Virus record (IMG/VR): IMGVR_UViG_3300037427_000580
Coordinates: 1 to 52,852 of that record
DNA length: 52,852 nucleotides
Direction: 5' to 3' (one strand)
From: a virus
Lineage: Duplodnaviria > Caudoviricetes
Position 1 is the first letter of the stretch, and every line of letters starts with the position of its first letter. The notes beneath the pieces are model-generated. The model ran no database searches. It was given only the letters and a program-made list of their open reading frames with translations, and had not been told where the DNA came from. This document shows positions 8,028-17,202 of this stretch, in pieces. Position numbers and translations under genes: made by a program.

Positions 8028-8701
8028 TATATTCTATTTCTCTTATGCCACATTTCTAAATCTTCGTGTGTGTTTATTTCAATACCATCAAATTTCACTT
8101 TAGCTACACCTATCTCAACTTCATTTTTTAACCAACGTAACTGTTCTAATCCTTCTATTGTTTCTTCTTCTGAAACACCATAGTGTGGATAATTCCACAA
8201 TGCACTTCTTCTATAACCATATACACCCAAATGCCATTCACCATAACCAGTAATACCTCTACCAAACCAACAAGCTTTACTATCTGCTCTAACAAGCTTT
8301 ACAGAATTTGGATCTTTCTTCTGTTCTTCTGGCATATCTGTGTATACAGTACTAACTGGATAATAATCTAATAGTTCAACACATTTCTCTATACACTCTA
8401 CAGTAACATCTGGCATATCGCATTGTACATTTATAAACTTCTCATACTTATCTAGTTCTTTCCATTTCATTGCACCAGCAACACGTTCAGTACCATTGTT
8501 GTACATAAATTGATCAAAGTATACTACATCAGCAAAAGATGAAATTACATCATCATCTGTAGCAATATAAACTGGAAGTCCTGATTTACCAGCGGCTTTC
8601 GCCACATACTTCACCATAGGGATACCATTTAATCTAGCTATAGCTTTTCCATGAAATCTTGTACTTCCATATCTAGCTGGTATGACAATACAAGTATTCA
8701 T
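8027..8701 (-). CDS. kdsB: 3-deoxy-manno-octulosonate cytidylyltransferase (CMP-Kdo synthetase)
   Basis: VIPARYGSTRFHGK, IATDD, NGTERVA, INVQCDMP, DPNSVK, HLGVYGY, EGLEQLRWL; start moved to ATG 8701 just after the gp46 stop. Confidence 0.88.
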   Translation of the reverse strand: MNTCIVIPARYGSTRFHGKAIARLNGIPMVKYVAKAAGKSGLPVYIATDDDVISSFADVVYFDQFMYNNGTERVAGAMKWKELDKYEKFINVQCDMPDVTVECIEKCVELLDYYPVSTVYTDMPEEQKKDPNSVKLVRADSKACWFGRGITGYGEWHLGVYGYRRSALWNYPHYGVSEEETIEGLEQLRWLKNEVEIGVAKVKFDGIEINTHEDLEMWHKRNRI

Positions 8702-8702
8702 C

Positions 8703-10418
8703 TTATGCGGCAATTCTACTAAAGTTTTTAATCTTTTCGAATTTGATTTGATTTCTAAACTTTTCAGCAAGAATATCTCCTTTGTGTGAGATAACAAACA
8801 CGTTAGTTTGATTATCCAATTGATTTAACAATTTCAAAAATTCATCACACCCATTATTATCTAAAGATGCATCAAACACTTCGTCTAGCACTAATAAATT
8901 TGTATTAATAGAGTTCTTTAGTTTAGCTATTGCTCTCCAAGTAAACAGTAATGCTAAGTCAATTCTCATCTTTTCACCTTCTGAAAATGATGCATAAGAA
9001 AATTCATCTCTGTGTCTACTTCTGATTACTTCATTGAATTGCTCATCTAACTCAAACAACACGAAAAAATCTAAAGCGGCAAGATATTTATTAATCAATT
9101 TATTCATAACGGGTACGTATTGCTTAATAATTTTCTTTTTTATTCCATCATCTTTCAACATATTTACTGCTACACCAAACAACTCTTTCTCATTGACTAA
9201 CTCTTCTTTCTTAGTCTCATATATCCTTTTATCATCTTCGTGTGTCTTTAAAGTTTCTATAGCATCAGTAGAATCTACACCCGTAGATTTTATCTTTTCA
9301 ATTTCATCTTGATTTTTCTTTATAGACTTATTTAGGGATTTTATATTTGAATTATTCTCGGTTATCTGTGTCTGTAGTGAATTAAGTTCTGTTTGCTTTT
9401 CCATCAACTCCATAATTCTTTTATCAAGTTTAGCAACTTCATCTACAAGTTTATCTTCACCATCATATATTTCTTTCTGTTGTTCTTCGTGTTCTGCTAT
9501 CTTTTGTTTCTTGATAGTCTCATCAATTTCTTGTGAACAAGTTGGACAATTATTTGTTTCAGCAAAGAACTGGATCTTTTTTTGTATGTTCTTTACTTTA
9601 GTACTCATTCTTTTGTGTATATCATCAAGTTTAGTTCTTTTAGTTTCTTCACCTTTAAGTGGTAAAACTTTCTCTGATAGTTTTTCAATATCTAACAATA
9701 TAGTATTAGATGTTTGTGATAGATCATTTATCTCATCTTGGGCACCATCAATCAATCCTTGAAATGTAGCTATCGTATCATCATTCTGTTCTTTAAGCTT
9801 ACGGATATATGATTGTTGGGTTTCTATCTTATTCATAAGTAAATCTATTTGATAGTCTGTATCACGGATCGATTCTCTGTTATCTGCTACTCTATCTTTT
9901 AGTAGTTTACCCATATTAGAGAATATACTAATGTCTAATAAATCTTCTATAACTTCTCTTCTATGAGCAACAGATAGTTGCATAAATGGAATAAATGTAG
10001 ATGCACCGAGTACAACTATTTGAGTAAAAGATTTAAAGTTTAATTTGATAATAGTTTCTTCTAATTGCTTTTGATAATCTCTAGAAGAACCGGGTTGATT
10101 AAGTAAAGTATTATCTTGATATATTTCAAATAAAGCTGGCTTAATTCCTCTCTTAATAATATAGTCTGTTTTACCAATAGTAAAATTAACGTGAACTTCT
10201 AAACCACCCATATTAATTGAGTTAAGCATTTGAGACTTAGAAATTTTTCTAAATGGTTTATTGAATAGTACAAAGCATAATGCATCAAGTATAGTAGATT
10301 TGCCAGATCCATTTTCTCCAACAATAATAGTGTTTGCATGTTCATTTAATTTCACTTTAGTCCATACGTTACCCGTTGATAAGAAATTCTTCCAACGAAT
10401 ATCTTTAAAATAAATCAT
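8703..10418 (-). CDS. gp46: Recombination endonuclease ATPase subunit (Rad50/SbcC-like)
   Basis: WKNFLSTGN, GENGSGKST, CPTC zinc hook, FSEGEK, LDEVFD. Confidence 0.97.
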   Translation of the reverse strand: MIYFKDIRWKNFLSTGNVWTKVKLNEHANTIIVGENGSGKSTILDALCFVLFNKPFRKISKSQMLNSINMGGLEVHVNFTIGKTDYIIKRGIKPALFEIYQDNTLLNQPGSSRDYQKQLEETIIKLNFKSFTQIVVLGASTFIPFMQLSVAHRREVIEDLLDISIFSNMGKLLKDRVADNRESIRDTDYQIDLLMNKIETQQSYIRKLKEQNDDTIATFQGLIDGAQDEINDLSQTSNTILLDIEKLSEKVLPLKGEETKRTKLDDIHKRMSTKVKNIQKKIQFFAETNNCPTCSQEIDETIKKQKIAEHEEQQKEIYDGEDKLVDEVAKLDKRIMELMEKQTELNSLQTQITENNSNIKSLNKSIKKNQDEIEKIKSTGVDSTDAIETLKTHEDDKRIYETKKEELVNEKELFGVAVNMLKDDGIKKKIIKQYVPVMNKLINKYLAALDFFVLFELDEQFNEVIRSRHRDEFSYASFSEGEKMRIDLALLFTWRAIAKLKNSINTNLLVLDEVFDASLDNNGCDEFLKLLNQLDNQTNVFVISHKGDILAEKFRNQIKFEKIKNFSRIAA

Positions 10419-11163
10419 CTACCCTCTTTCTCTTTACTTTCTCTAAATAATCTGAAATTTCTCTAGTGGGTTTCCAACCCAACTTTAAAACTGGAGATAT
10501 ATCCATTTCATTATTATTTACTTCGAAAGATTCACCTTCCATTTTTTTAACCCATACCATATTAAGATTCTCGACAATATCAGTTAGCTTAGTAGTCTTG
10601 CCTGAACCTATGTTATATACACTATACAGTTGTTTAAAGTCTTTGTCAAGAAAAAAGATTATAGCATCTACAATATCTTCAACGTGGATAAAATCTCTCG
10701 TATGATCTGTGACATATTCTAATCTATTGTAATATAGCTTAGTCATAAACATATCTTTTCTACTACGTGGTCCGTATACTGTAGAAAATCTTAAACCCAA
10801 TTGCTCTGGCATTGCCGTTGCTTCGTTCATCTTTTTAGTTGCCGCATATGGATTCTTCCACCAATGTATCGCACTAGATGAAGAAGCATAGATTAATTTC
10901 TTACCATAATGATGACAAACTTCTTGAACGTGTTTAGTGTTTTCAACATTCTCTCTGTAATACTCTTCTTCATTACCTATACTATTTCTAACACCAGTCA
11001 TAGCGGCAAGATGTATAACTACTTCTGCATCAGTAGAAAATAATTTTATATCTTTCTCTCTTTTAAGATCCCAGTAATCAATTTTATAACCAAGTCTTTC
11101 TAACTTTGGACATAAAGTCCCACCAATAAAGCCATCACAGCCAGTTACTGCTATCTGTGTCAT
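10405..11163 (-). CDS. NAD-dependent epimerase/dehydratase (SDR)
   Basis: VTGCDGFIG, HLAA, ASSS, YAATK, RDFIHVED. Confidence 0.92.
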   Translation of the reverse strand: MTQIAVTGCDGFIGGTLCPKLERLGYKIDYWDLKREKDIKLFSTDAEVVIHLAAMTGVRNSIGNEEEYYRENVENTKHVQEVCHHYGKKLIYASSSSAIHWWKNPYAATKKMNEATAMPEQLGLRFSTVYGPRSRKDMFMTKLYYNRLEYVTDHTRDFIHVEDIVDAIIFFLDKDFKQLYSVYNIGSGKTTKLTDIVENLNMVWVKKMEGESFEVNNNEMDISPVLKLGWKPTREISDYLEKVKRKRVDDLF

Positions 11164-11276
11164 AATATTTCTACTTGAGAAGTTTTCGAAAATGCAACTT
11201 TAAAAAGTTCAGTATGTCTGTAGTGCCAGGGCTGAAATCTGCCAAGCATTTGTGTAGTTGGTTTATGTCTATCCAT
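11160..11276 (-). pseudogene. Truncated HxGH-type cytidyltransferase remnant (38 aa)
   Basis: Alternative frame reads MDRHKPTTQMLGRFQPWHYRHTELFKVAFSKTSQVEIL*, resembling GR(F/W)QPWHxGH nucleotidyltransferase N-termini. Confidence 0.55.
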
Positions 11277-11611
11277 TTTTCCACTCTATAATCAATATCT
11301 AAATAATGGGGTACTTCAAACAGTTGATTTGTATCTTCATATTTACTTTCTTTGATTGTATCCATCCATATAGTAAAATCAGCTTTAACAATATCTCTCA
11401 TCTCTTGACGAGGTGCTATAAAATCTAAAATACCTTTTTGTTGCACCATTCGTTCTAATTGGCGCCATCTACCACGTTCACTAAAATCCCAATCATTATG
11501 TAATGTACGATAGAAATCTGCATTGTGATGTGGTATACAAAAATGATATGCTAATTCTTTTGCTAAAGTTGTTTTCCCTGAACCGGGTAAACCGAATATT
11601 AATATTTTCAT
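11171..11611 (-). CDS. Adenylylsulfate kinase-like P-loop kinase
   Basis: GLPGSGKTT, NAD..R...DWDFS..GR.RQ, DFIAP, WMDTI...YEDTN..F. Confidence 0.8.
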   Translation of the reverse strand: MKILIFGLPGSGKTTLAKELAYHFCIPHHNADFYRTLHNDWDFSERGRWRQLERMVQQKGILDFIAPRQEMRDIVKADFTIWMDTIKESKYEDTNQLFEVPHYLDIDYRVEKWIDINQLHKCLADFSPGTTDILNFLKLHFRKLLK

Positions 11612-11973
11612 TTGAATAAATCTTTCAATGTATCTTTAATTTCTTGTGGTATTCTAGTGGGTTTTTCATCAACGACATATGCACACTTTACTATAGCTAG
11701 AAATATTAAATCTTTATCTCTAGTTATCACTTGATTTAAACCAACACTTGCACCTTTTATGTAATCTAAATTAGTTGTTACTGTTAGTATATCATCAAAT
11801 CTTGCAGGAGATTTGAAGTCTGCACAGACATTAGCTACTGTAAAATTAAATTTAAGATTATAATCACGAATTGGTTCTGAACGAGCCCTTTCTATATACT
11901 TAAAATAATTAGCATAGTAAACTACTCCTAAAAAATCTGTATCTTCATGATATACTCTTATAGTATGTTTCAT
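11608..11973 (-). CDS. ybgC: YbgC/FadM-family acyl-CoA thioesterase (hotdog fold)
   Basis: RVYHEDTDFLGVVYYANYFKYIERARSE, PARFDD, PTRIP. Confidence 0.85.
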   Translation of the reverse strand: MKHTIRVYHEDTDFLGVVYYANYFKYIERARSEPIRDYNLKFNFTVANVCADFKSPARFDDILTVTTNLDYIKGASVGLNQVITRDKDLIFLAIVKCAYVVDEKPTRIPQEIKDTLKDLFK

Positions 11974-13034
11974 TAGACTTCCATATACAAAGCTTCATTA
12001 TATAATGTTCGCATCAAACTGTCAAGCTTTTTCTTGGGGACAGATGTTTCCATATTTTCGATATATTTAGAAAGTATAGTAACAGTATCTTGAGTTTGAT
12101 TAATTAAATCATCATCACCTTCTAAGTGTAAATTCAAATGATCGTCTACTATCTGTATTGCTATTGGACTTTCTTGATGAAGTTTATCCATAAACAAATC
12201 AAACGTATAAGGATTTTCTTTTTGTTGAGTTACTACTTTAACATAGGTACCTTCATACATAGAATAATCTTGATGTAAAATCTCATCAGAAGTTTTCTTA
12301 ACATCATCATAGAATATCTTATGAAACATACGATAAGGATTACGTATCATTTCTAATTCTCTTGTATTAGTATCAAAGATATGAAAGCCTTTGGGATCTT
12401 GATAATCACTCCAAGTAAGTTCATATTGTGTACCAAGATAATTAATATTACTATTAGTAGATTTTGTGTGGAAGTGGCCAGAAACAACCATATCAAAATT
12501 TTTAAAATCTTCTACACTCATACCGTGTTCGTTAGTTACACCTCTCATCATAGGTGAACCAGCAATTTCTAGATGTCCGAAACAAACTTGTGCTTTAGAG
12601 TTTTTAATATGATTCATACTATCAGAATAATTACTAGAATTAATCCATGGTAAAAATAGAATGTCAGTTCCATCAAAAGTTTGTACTGAAGGATCTGAAT
12701 AGTAAGAAACTTTATGTTTATCAAATAGTTCAGCCATAGAATTGATATCATTTGTGTTCTTATATGGTACATCATGGTTACCAATAATAACGTGAAAATC
12801 AATCCCTCTATCTAAGATAGGGTGTAATAGTGTATCTTTAAGATGTCTGAGAGTTACAAAGTTTATATACTTACGTCTATCTACAATATCACCAAGATGT
12901 ATTACAGTATCTATGTGGTGTTCATCTATATATGGTAGAAATATATTATCTACAAATCTTTTGAAGTAATCTAAAAAGTGTTGCGAATCATTTCTAACAC
13001 CCCAATGGGTGTCATTAATTATAGCTATCTTCAT
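11973..13034 (-). CDS. gp47: Recombination endonuclease nuclease subunit (Mre11/SbcD-like)
   Basis: DTHWG, HLGD..DRRK, GNHD, GHLE, SGHFH. Confidence 0.97.
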   Translation of the reverse strand: MKIAIINDTHWGVRNDSQHFLDYFKRFVDNIFLPYIDEHHIDTVIHLGDIVDRRKYINFVTLRHLKDTLLHPILDRGIDFHVIIGNHDVPYKNTNDINSMAELFDKHKVSYYSDPSVQTFDGTDILFLPWINSSNYSDSMNHIKNSKAQVCFGHLEIAGSPMMRGVTNEHGMSVEDFKNFDMVVSGHFHTKSTNSNINYLGTQYELTWSDYQDPKGFHIFDTNTRELEMIRNPYRMFHKIFYDDVKKTSDEILHQDYSMYEGTYVKVVTQQKENPYTFDLFMDKLHQESPIAIQIVDDHLNLHLEGDDDLINQTQDTVTILSKYIENMETSVPKKKLDSLMRTLYNEALYMEV

Positions 13035-13592
13035 TTATTCAGCCATAAATTTGTCTAGGGGAGCAACTGTCTTTCTTTTCTTTCTACGTTTATGTTCTTC
13101 AAAATTTACTATGAAATCATTCATATACTCTTCACTCCATTCATTATATTTTATCTTATCAGCATAAGTATTATTATTACCATCGTGAGTATGTCTTTCT
13201 GACGTTTCACCGAATAGGTTAGTATTCTCTGATGCTTTATACTTTGTATACAAATACTTCTTCTCTTTTTGTATACGTCTTAAAAATGCAAAATAAATTA
13301 TTTGTGTAAAATATGCAAAAGGATTTCTGGATTTCTCTGGATTAAAGTTGTCAATATATTGTAAACAATTTTCTACTCCATCAGATATCATTTCTTCTCT
13401 GAATGTATAATTCACAAAATTTGGCTTATATGATAAATGTGTTGCTATCTTCATAATACAATCACCGATATAAAACGGCACTCTAGGGCGAGTATCTGAT
13501 TTTGAATCAATAACAGATTCTCGGTATTTAATCATTTCTGCTAGGAATTTTTTGTTATCCACATAATTATGTTTCTGTCGCTTAGCCATCAA
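13035..13592 (-). CDS. gp55: Late-transcription sigma factor
   Basis: YVDNKKF, PNFVNYTFREEMISDG, NPFAYFTQI..AFLRRI; C-terminal LDKF clamp-type motif. Confidence 0.96.
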   Translation of the reverse strand: MMAKRQKHNYVDNKKFLAEMIKYRESVIDSKSDTRPRVPFYIGDCIMKIATHLSYKPNFVNYTFREEMISDGVENCLQYIDNFNPEKSRNPFAYFTQIIYFAFLRRIQKEKKYLYTKYKASENTNLFGETSERHTHDGNNNTYADKIKYNEWSEEYMNDFIVNFEEHKRRKKRKTVAPLDKFMAE

Positions 13593-13954
13593 TGCACCGT
13601 ATGTGGGAATGTATTAGAACTGTAAATTTTTTTCATAGCCTGTTTCACTCTTTCTTTCATTGTTTCTTCTGTTTCTGGTTCCATTTCGCCTCTAACATTA
13701 ACAAGAGACTTATAATAAAATTCTTGTGTTTCTTTAGGTACTTCATTAGACATTATCACATGTTGCATACTAATGTCAACACTTATTTTCTCTTTCTCAA
13801 ATGGTACCCAAAATGTAGTAATCATAGCTGGACCACCAAAGTGCTGAATGAAATCCAACTTGAGTGGTTCTGATACTGTAAGTTTAGTATCATCTTTATA
13901 TGTTATGTCAGCTATCAATGTTTCACCATTTGATAGTTTAATTACAGATATCAT
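13589..13954 (-). CDS. Conserved T4-like hypothetical protein (Sm-like fold suspected)
   Basis: IKLSNGETLI...P...W.PF pattern; usual position between uvsW and gp55 in marine T4-likes. Confidence 0.65.
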   Translation of the reverse strand: MISVIKLSNGETLIADITYKDDTKLTVSEPLKLDFIQHFGGPAMITTFWVPFEKEKISVDISMQHVIMSNEVPKETQEFYYKSLVNVRGEMEPETEETMKERVKQAMKKIYSSNTFPHTVH

Positions 13955-15452
13955 CTTTTAACCTTATGTTGTATATCTTATAATCAAATTCTTCTTCATT
14001 ATACATTTTCACTCTGACGGCAAAGTGTTTAAGAGTAAAATTATGCCAAGACTTCCAAGATAAATCATCAGAAATATCGTATAGAGTCGCCAAAACTTTT
14101 TTATCACTTTTACGTAATCCTCTACCTATAGATTGTAAATTTCTTATACGAGACTTACTAGGACTAGCAAAAATAATATTGTGTAAGTTTCGTATATTAA
14201 TGCCAGTTGAGAATGTGCCATAACTAGCCACGATAATTGCATCTGACTCTTTCTCAGTAATTTCCCTAGCACGTTCTCTTTCTTGAGCATCAACCCCTCC
14301 ATATATAAAAAATACTTTTCGTTTACCATTTACACTACTATTTATGAGTTCATAAATTATTTTACCATGTTTTTCTACCATCTGAAATAATATAAGAGTA
14401 TTACCTTTTCTACTTAATGCTAAGTTTTTTATAAAATTATTTCGTGGTGTATGTCCTGCAAGAAATTTAATCTCTTCATCATACTTCGCATTACTCATCA
14501 TTTTACGTGTAGTATCAGTATATTTAAGTACTAATGCTTTAATTTTCAAGTCTGCTATTGTCTTACTATCAATTAATTCTCTAGTAGATATGGCCTTCAT
14601 AACTGGACCAAACAATCCCTCTAGTACTAATCTATGTGTTTGTGTTTCATCTAATGTACCAGTAAAGCCAAATCTATATTCACAATTCTCTAACTTAGTC
14701 ATTATCTTTGTAAGAGAGTTAGCTTTGAATAAATGTGCTTCATCACCTATTATCATATCAAACTGATCAAACCATTTCTTTGGTAATTTATAGATAGATT
14801 GCCAAGTTGAAATAAAAATGTCTGCATCTGCATTTTTGTCTTGACCTGACATAATTAAATGTGTAGAATAGGTATTGTTAGAATCAGAATAATCTTTAAA
14901 ATCTTTATCTAACTGATATACAAGTGATGTTGTGGGAACTATTACTAATTTACGCCCCGGAATATAATCACATAACATAAAAATAATCAAAGATTTACCA
15001 CTAGCAGTTGGAGATAATATCAAGGCTCTTTCGTTTCGGATAGCATGGGCAAATGCTCCTAATTGATAATCTCGAGGCTTTATTTTATAATTTTTACAGA
15101 AGAGAGCGGCCTCGTTTAACGATATATCATTTATATCATCTAAGCCGTCACGTATATCTAAATCGTAATCTCTTTGTTCAGCAAAAAGTTTTAAGTGATG
15201 TAGAAGTCCCCGATATATAAGTTTAGTGTTGACATTGAATAATCTAATCTTACCGTCCCAATAGCGATTACGATAAGCTGGCATAAATGAAGCCCCAGGT
15301 ACATCAAATGTAAAGTACTCACTTAACTCTTTGGCGATACCAGTTTCTGTCTCAATAGAGACATATACGGCGTCTCTTTTGGAGATTCTGATGGTATCTC
15401 TTCTTTGTCGGGAAATATTTTTAGTGTCTTGTATGGATAACTCTTTGTCCAT
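13938..15452 (-). CDS. uvsW: SF2 DNA helicase
   Basis: WDGKIRL, PRDYQ, SPTASGKS, DEAH, TGT, QSIGRGLR. Confidence 0.96.
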   Translation of the reverse strand: MDKELSIQDTKNISRQRRDTIRISKRDAVYVSIETETGIAKELSEYFTFDVPGASFMPAYRNRYWDGKIRLFNVNTKLIYRGLLHHLKLFAEQRDYDLDIRDGLDDINDISLNEAALFCKNYKIKPRDYQLGAFAHAIRNERALILSPTASGKSLIIFMLCDYIPGRKLVIVPTTSLVYQLDKDFKDYSDSNNTYSTHLIMSGQDKNADADIFISTWQSIYKLPKKWFDQFDMIIGDEAHLFKANSLTKIMTKLENCEYRFGFTGTLDETQTHRLVLEGLFGPVMKAISTRELIDSKTIADLKIKALVLKYTDTTRKMMSNAKYDEEIKFLAGHTPRNNFIKNLALSRKGNTLILFQMVEKHGKIIYELINSSVNGKRKVFFIYGGVDAQERERAREITEKESDAIIVASYGTFSTGINIRNLHNIIFASPSKSRIRNLQSIGRGLRKSDKKVLATLYDISDDLSWKSWHNFTLKHFAVRVKMYNEEEFDYKIYNIRLKDDICN

Positions 15453-15515
15453 AGTATTGCATGATCTTTCTTAAATTTTTCAATTCGCATTTTTAATAGT
15501 GCGATTCTATCTTCG

Positions 15516-15947
15516 CTATCCAGTGATGAATCTATTCCAGTCGATTGCATTTTTTATCTGAAACCCTCTGTTATTTATCTGTCTTAAAACAGCCTCTAAA
15601 TAGTTGACTTTCTCTTCTTGTACTGATACCCTAAGACTATGTTCTGTAAGAGCATCATCACTATCAACATATAAATCAACTTCGTTCTTTAATAATTTTT
15701 TGTAAAATTGTTCTCTACCAAGTTCTTTTAATTCTTCTTGATCTAGTTCACCTAGATAATACTCTAGTATTAATCTACGTTTCTTTTTAAGTTCAGCTTT
15801 AGCTTGAAACATTTTTATTCGTTCTGCCATAAATATCTTTAAGTATTTATTATGAACTACTGGTATATTCGAACTTTCTGTGGCTAATTCAGTTTCGTCC
15901 ATCTGACTATCTTTATTCCACATTTCCATAATATCTTCAATCTTCAT
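15516..15947 (-). CDS. uvsY: Recombination mediator
   Basis: W.KDS..D, IP..H.KY, YY.G, R.FQIKNAIDW.RF. Confidence 0.92.
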   Translation of the reverse strand: MKIEDIMEMWNKDSQMDETELATESSNIPVVHNKYLKIFMAERIKMFQAKAELKKKRRLILEYYLGELDQEELKELGREQFYKKLLKNEVDLYVDSDDALTEHSLRVSVQEEKVNYLEAVLRQINNRGFQIKNAIDWNRFITG

Positions 15948-16095
15948 TCACATCTTCCTTTTTACGATAAACTTCTACGTAACTTTCACATTTAGGACAA
16001 GATAAATTAGTTACCATATCATAATCTTCATTATCTTCTTCAATATCGTGATCCCCACCCCAAATCAATTCATTACTACAATGCCAACATCTCAT
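15937..16095 (-). CDS. Small zinc-ribbon-like protein (52 aa)
   Basis: Not in ORF track. MRCWHCSNELIWGGDHD...VTNLSCPKCESYVEVY; two CxxC pairs; ATGA overlap with upstream gene. Confidence 0.75.
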   Translation of the reverse strand: MRCWHCSNELIWGGDHDIEEDNEDYDMVTNLSCPKCESYVEVYRKKEDVNED

Positions 16096-16346
16096 ATATC
16101 AGTCCCTTTACTTTGTTCTAAAACTTCCACTATCTTCTTTTCAGTAGAACATATAACACGTTCTATATCTTTTGCTCTACCATATTCCATATAAAGTTTA
16201 GCAGTCATTTTTTTAATTAGTACTGGATCGTTAGCACCATTAATACACTCTTCTACAGTTTCAAATGAAGGCCTTTCGAACACGTACATATCTTTCATTC
16301 CATTGGGTAACAATGTACTAAAAATAATAACAATCAAATAATCCAT
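16092..16346 (-). CDS. Hypothetical protein
   Basis: 84-aa ORF tightly packed with neighbours; F...EEC...C pattern. Confidence 0.65.
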   Translation of the reverse strand: MDYLIVIIFSTLLPNGMKDMYVFERPSFETVEECINGANDPVLIKKMTAKLYMEYGRAKDIERVICSTEKKIVEVLEQSKGTDI

Positions 16347-16348
16347 AA

Positions 16349-16603
16349 CTATCTCTTTTTTAATTTCTTCTGTGGTTTCTCTATCTGTGGTTCATCTTTG
16401 GGTGATTTATTGAAAATAACTTTCTGTCTCATTGCTAATTGAGAACGGAACTTATGTTTATGTTCTGGTACATTTTCAATATATATCTTTATAGCAGTAT
16501 AACCAAATCCTTTAAATAAAAGTAATCCATCTTTCCATACAATACCCTTTCCCTTATCTAATTCAAGAGCAAAATTACCATATGTGTATGTTAATATAGA
16601 CAT
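16349..16603 (-). CDS. Hypothetical protein
   Basis: 84-aa ORF, tight packing. Confidence 0.6.
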   Translation of the reverse strand: MSILTYTYGNFALELDKGKGIVWKDGLLLFKGFGYTAIKIYIENVPEHKHKFRSQLAMRQKVIFNKSPKDEPQIEKPQKKLKKR

Positions 16604-16613
16604 TATAACACAA

Positions 16614-17147
16614 TTACTTTACTGTGTCAATTGAATACTTCCTATATGCAAATTGAACTGAACCCACTAGATATTCTATTTCAGTTCCTTGCACGTTAAA
16701 TTCTAATGCACCTAAACTTATTGGGTACAAATCTATGAATTTAATTTCAATGTTGGGTTGATATTGTGCAGTAGTAACTAGAAGAGATCCATCTGAATGA
16801 GTTAACCCTGCGTGTGTGTTTGTTTGCTGTAATGTAGATTGTAGATTTGCTCTTTGTTGAAAGTTATCTGGATATCCTAATCCTTCTAACCAATCATATA
16901 TTTCTTTAAAGTTTTTTAAATCTTCGTCTACTTGAAATCTTAAATCTAATGGAGAGAATACAAGCTTATCGCCTGGTACTGGTATCTTAATAAAGATATT
17001 TTCTTGATCTACTTGTCCTAATGTGATGTCTGGTATAGATGCCGCTGTACAAAAATAATTGACATTTGGTAATTTTTGAATAGCAAATTTAAAACCCTGG
17101 GGTGATAAAAAGCTAAGATTTCCGGGCATAGTTCCTTGAAGTGCCAT
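16614..17147 (-). CDS. gp3: Tail completion / tube terminator protein
   Basis: FLSPQGFKF...P.V.YFC..A.IP.I.LG, PGDK, F.VDEDL.N..EI..W, F.DL.P.SL. Confidence 0.85.
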   Translation of the reverse strand: MALQGTMPGNLSFLSPQGFKFAIQKLPNVNYFCTAASIPDITLGQVDQENIFIKIPVPGDKLVFSPLDLRFQVDEDLKNFKEIYDWLEGLGYPDNFQQRANLQSTLQQTNTHAGLTHSDGSLLVTTAQYQPNIEIKFIDLYPISLGALEFNVQGTEIEYLVGSVQFAYRKYSIDTVK

Positions 17148-17169
17148 TGCGTAAACTCCTTATATACTC

Positions 17170-17177
17170 TATTTATA
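17170..17177 (-). promoter_or_regulatory. gp55 late promoter
   Basis: TATAAATA upstream of gp3. Confidence 0.8.
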
Positions 17178-17202
17178 AGTTTACGCAATGACTAGTTTAT
17201 AA

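Noticed and set aside
8702-8797. Longer kdsB start at 8797
   Set aside because: Overlaps the gp46 C-terminus; KdsB homology begins at 8701
15323-15550. 75-aa ORF bridging uvsY and uvsW
   Set aside because: Overlaps both genes substantially, has no clear RBS or motif; cannot be supported, though not excluded
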